A DNA stretch of 64,000 bases. It comes from Neoechinorhynchus agilis (Eukaryota > Animalia > Acanthocephala). The stretch is from the NCBI GenBank assembly GCA_051530055.1, contig CM121342.1, positions 10,865,480 through 10,929,479 on the forward strand. The letters run 5' to 3'. Shown here piece after piece: positions 59,406-64,000 of this stretch (the first letter of the stretch is position 1; the number at the start of each line of letters is the position of its first letter). A program made the translations under genes and the position numbers. The notes under the pieces were generated by a model. It saw only the letters and a program-made list of their open reading frames with translations, ran no database searches and was not told the DNA's origin.

Positions 59406-61936
59406 TTATTCCAAGAAGAAGAAATTTCCACTTGCTTTTTGCTCGACATCCTAAAAACGGGTTGGTTTCGTTTTGCAAGCTTGCTGAACTGCAAACCTTG
59501 ACAGAATTTAGTTTGTTTATCCTCGGTCTAGCGTTACTCGAATCTCGCCTGAATGTTATATTTAAATGCTTCAGAAATGAGTTCATTCCATTCAAAAGAT
59601 CTTGAGGTGTAAGCGCTCGCGTATTAACGGACGGTGTACCGTCAAACACGATTACTCGATCGGCCAGATAAGTAGCCATGATGAAGTCGTGTTCAACAAC
59701 GAATGCTGTCTTTTTGCAGTGTAGGATGAACCTTTTGATCACTTTAGAGGCTTGAACGCGTTGCTCAGAGTCCAGATAGGCCGAAGGTTCGTCGATTAGA
59801 TACACATCCGCTGGCTTACCAAGACAAAGAGTTATTGCAACACGCTGAAGTTCTCCACCGGACAAATTCTGAACTTCACAATCGAGAAGAGGATCGATTT
59901 GCATGGGTTTTAAAACGTCCGTATTGAATTGAGCGTGTATCATCGCGTCTCTGATTCGATTGTGAAGCAAATCCGACACAGTGCCTTTAAACTTTGGGCT
60001 GATTTTCTGAGGTTTATAACTGACATGAAGTTTTGGGACTTCAGTGTTTCCTTCGTCCGGTTGAATAGCACCGGCTAGTAGACGAATCAGTGTCGTCTTC
60101 CCACATCCATTCTCACCGACTAATACGACGATTTCGGAGTCTGTGAATTGACCTTCCTCAACTTCCATTCGAAAACCTTTCAAAGTCTTTATCATTTTCG
60201 GATATTTGAATTGGCGAAGTCTCTTGGCTTGAAGCGATGCCACTGTTTCCGATAATGTTTCACTTACTTTAAACGTGAGAGCTGTTTCGCGAAACCGAAG
60301 ATTCTCTGTTGGCACGAATCCATCCAGAAAAATGTTGATGCCTTCTCTTAATGCACTCGTCTTATCGAAGGGTTTTAAAAGACTAAATGGAAACCGCCCC
60401 TTTAAGAAACAGAGTTAAATTTTGATTTTTCCCAATGAACAACAAGACGGTTGCTCGACAGAGAATGGCACTGTAACGACTCCGTAGACTCCAGGAGTTC
60501 CGTAAAGACAACATGTGAAATCACTAAGGTAATCCAGGACAGATAGATCGTGTTCAACGACAATGACGTAACTAAATTATAATATAATTAAAGAGAAACA
60601 TCACGTAAAATGCTACTAACCAATTTGGTCCAACAAGGCTTCTAATGGCCTGTGCTGCTCGTAATCGTTGCCGAACGTCCAGATAGCTTGAAGGTTCATC
60701 AAACATGTAACTGAGAAAAAGGGATTTAACGCATTATTAATGGCTTTTCAAACTAACATATCCGCTCGCTGCATACAAACAGCAGCACATGCCATTCGTT
60801 GAAGCTCTCCTCCAGACAACTCGTCAACATTCCGGTCGAGAACATTACCTAGGTCTAAACGAAAACGATTTTAATTTATACTAAAAAAATACGTAGTTAA
60901 TGTAAGTAAGTTGACCTCAAAAGCTCTGCGACCTTGGGTATTTTTGTACTTAAAAGTCTATTGGCTCGAATAATCTTTATGGACTATAAACCAATAACTA
61001 ATATGGGCGTTGAGAAAACAACTAATTTTTCGTCACTTTTGATTTTGGTATCATCAGTTAACCAAGATTCAGCAATTCCTATTGGCTGCAAACGTGTCAG
61101 CTATCATGCACAGGAAGTAACTTTTACGAAGATCGTTTGATCTGAATTCTTATTGGATGGAAAAAATTATGTAAGCCAATGAGGATGCATACACGGAACA
61201 GCGCATGAAGAAAGTGTTAGCCTTAAAAATAAAACTTCGAATTACAAAGCATCGAAACCAGAATACTTTTTGTCTTACCGAAAAGGTCAACAAAAAATTC
61301 CTTTCGTCCCGTTTCGTTCTTTCGATCAAGCAGGTCGTCTACCTTCCCAGATGTCGCTTTAGGAATTTGGTCAACATATTGTGGCTTAATAACCGCTTTC
61401 AAGTTATCTTCTAAAATTCTCGTGAAAAAGTTCTGAAGTTCTGACCCTCGAAAATAAGTAAGGATTTCGCTCCATTCGGGTGAAGCATCGAATCGTCCAA
61501 GATTGGGTTTGAGTTGACCACTAAGGACGCGCAGTGCAGTAGATTTTCCGATGCCATTAGTGCCAACAAGTCCAAGGACTTGACCAGCTCGTGGGGTTGG
61601 TAGACGATGAAGTTTGAATGAGTTTCGCCCATATCGGTGAACGGTTTCTTTAGCGATATTAGAAGGAAGATTGATGATTGTAATGGCGTCGAAAGGACAC
61701 TTTTTGACGCAAATTCCGCATCCAATACAAAGCGCCTCACTGATGTATGAAATTTTCGACTCCGGAGTAACCTCAATACACTGTTTGCCTTGACGAACAA
61801 CAGGACAAGACCGTCGACATTCCTGCCGACACTTTTTTGGTTTACATCGATCAGCGTTCACAATAGCAATTCGGGTCAAGTCTTCCTGCTCTTTTTCGCC
61901 CTGAACCTTCTTTATGACGGCTTTTCCTAAGGACAT
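59406..61936 (-). CDS. ABCE1: ABCE1/RLI ribosome recycling ATPase, multi-exon
   Basis: [49 protein letters not shown] twice, [14 protein letters not shown], final exon [14 protein letters not shown]. Confidence 0.97.
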
Positions 61937-62449
61937 TGAGACGGCACACGCGCTCGTAGCTGCAATAAACAAAACTTTCTGAAAAATTACGCCATAAAGA
62001 TAACGTCTTATGTGATGCTAGCGCGGCTGCGAAATCAAAATGATCAAAAGTATCGATTTTATCGGGATAATTTGAGTTTCCTATTATCCCCAGAGTAAAT
62101 ATTATCGAATTTCTCGCATTTACCACAAATTTCGGTCAAACGAAATCTCACTTTCTGCTGGGAAATCGCTTCATTCGAGAATATTTATAACAATGATTTG
62201 GATTTTTTCTTTAATATACAAAGGTATTTCGGTTGGATGGTGGTGAAGAACTGAGAAGGAACGAATTATCGGTCCCTCGAAGAAGATCGAGAGAAGATTA
62301 AGGTCAGCCAAGATGACGAATTGTCTGAAATAACAAGAAGGTTCACAGAAGTTAAGACGGGAAATGACCAAGGCGGGGAAAACAAGAGCAAAAGGGAACA
62401 AGAGCAAAAGGAGGAACTCCATCAAAATCAACCAACCCTTCGATTCATC

Positions 62450-63050
62450 TCGGTAATGATACGCCTTCTCCACCCGGCCATCATCCCTCGTTGCTCTGAA
62501 TTCAACCCAACGTATCGTGCAATCCTCCATCGAGGATAAAAATCGCACCATATTTATTTCTGATATGTCTGCCACCAAATTCTTCGTATCGGTCAACTTC
62601 TTTTTCCCCGAGAATTCTGGGTATCCAATTTCAATCAAATTTGAAGTGGGACTCGCACATCAATCTCTGCCTCAAGCACAACACTTTAAAATTTATTTCC
62701 TCGAACGCCTCCGACATTTAGGAATCGCTTCACCCGACCTCTACAAATTTTACTTCTGCTTTATCTTACCATCAATCCGCCGTCTTGAAATGTTTCATAA
62801 AAGTGCATCTAAAATTTGCACATCTGACTTTCCCCTGGTGACCAAATGCCTTGATGCTATTTTCATAAAACAAACAAAACGCCTCTCAAGCCTATCACCA
62901 CAATTTCTTTCACATATCGCTCCCTTTTCACACGAGCACAACACTCGTAATCCTAATTCGTTTCATCCTCTCTCGACATCGCACCTCCCTATACCTATGC
63001 TCCTTTTTCCATGCTGCCCAATGTTCTCGGATATCCTGACCTGAAATGAT
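62450..63050 (+). mobile_element. L2/CR1-like LINE RT C-terminal fragment
   Basis: KIYFLERLRHLG...DLYKFYFCFILP...HNTR. Confidence 0.6.
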
Positions 63051-63494
63051 TCTGAGGAAAGAACAACCTTACAAGCGCTCCTGCAGACAATATCCGCCAG
63101 TTCCCACAAGAACGGACCTTCCAACCCATCCGAATATTCTCAAACGAATGGGCACATCCTCACATTAACGAACCGTCCGCATCTGGATAGTTCCTACCCG
63201 AATAGACATCCCTCCGACCAGATATTACCTACCGAACGGACATCCCTCGACTGCATATTCCCATATTAATGGACGAGGGCCCAAATGTACATGGGTACTC
63301 CCAACCTTTTGTATTTTTAACCACCCACCTTCCTAACCTGATTAGATATTTCCCCGCCCGACCGGACCTGTTATAGACTCCAAAATCAACTGCCACATTC
63401 ATTTAAAAAATCAGTGGACCCAAAGGTACATGGGTTCTATTCTTTTGGCTTTAATAAAACGTGTTATTATTATATATACTTGACTTGCCATTGT

Positions 63495-64000
63495 ATGAAG
63501 ATGGAAATCGGATTGGATACTAAATAGTAAGAAAATAGAGTGAAGAACTAATAAAAGGATATGAAATTTGTAAGGTATGCTTTCTAAATAAAATAACAGC
63601 TTTTAAAGTCATTCAGTAGACTAATGACTGTAAAAGATAGAGAGAAGATTATGATGAGCCAGGATAAAGAATTGTCTGAAATAACAAGAAGAAGGTTTAT
63701 AGAAGTTAAGACGGGAAATGACCAAGGAGGGGATCTGGTGATGTTTGATCCATTCAAAACTCTACTTGGCTTGTCATTTAATGAAGATGGAAATCGGACA
63801 GGATACTAAATAGTAAGAAAATAGACTGAAGAACTAATAAAAGGATATGAAATTTGTAAGGTATGCTTTCTAAATAAAATAATTTTAAAGTCATTCAGTA
63901 GACTAATGACTGTAAAAGATAGAGAGAAGATTATGATGAGCCAGGATAAAGAATTGTCTGAAATAACAAGAAGGTTTATAGAAGTTAAGACGGGAAATGA
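63495..64000. repeat. 286-bp tandem repeat running off the window; partial dispersed copy at about 62307-62380
   Basis: atgaagatggaaatcgg at 63495 and 63781; gaattgtctgaaataacaagaag...gttaagacgggaaatga occurs three times. Confidence 0.92.

Noticed and set aside
61411-61800. ORF 61411-61800 (-) overlapping ABCE1 exon 1, and similar short overlapping or antisense ORFs across the window
   Set aside because: Alternative-frame or antisense shadows of identified genes or TEs.

Overview
AT-rich eukaryotic DNA, most likely from an invertebrate animal with a compact genome (typical GT-AG introns about 45-60 nt). It is not prokaryotic, and I found no CRISPR array, rRNA or intact tRNA. Host genes: Dicer (continues off the left edge), a probably catalytically dead furin-like protein, UFD1, kish/TMEM167 with a BolA gene nested in its last intron, TMEM120 (with a ~2.5 kb satellite in an intron), a CK1 paralog, RPL9, a divergent cyclin T/K-like gene, a sedlin-like gene and ABCE1. 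These are interleaved with many decayed retroelements: compact APE-RT LINEs, CRE-like RLE elements, RTE and L2/CR1-like fragments, a Ty3/Gypsy remnant, and Penelope-like elements carrying at least four sequence-distinct minimal hammerhead ribozyme motifs. Main leads: (1) a very divergent TRF2/TBP-fold gene, partly duplicated and truncated inside the retroelement cluster; (2) BolA filling the last kish intron on the same strand, together with splice-acceptor-like AGs just before many start codons, suggesting spliced-leader trans-splicing; (3) small insertions with inverted repeats breaking conserved motifs of ABCE1 and CK1 (possible new introns); (4) a LINE family whose endonuclease has GHD in place of the canonical SDH; (5) a possible decayed viral glycoprotein between two LINEs. 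Family assignments are by-eye motif recognition from memory; no database search was run. Some frameshifts lie in homopolymer runs and may be assembly errors. Boundaries of decayed elements are approximate.
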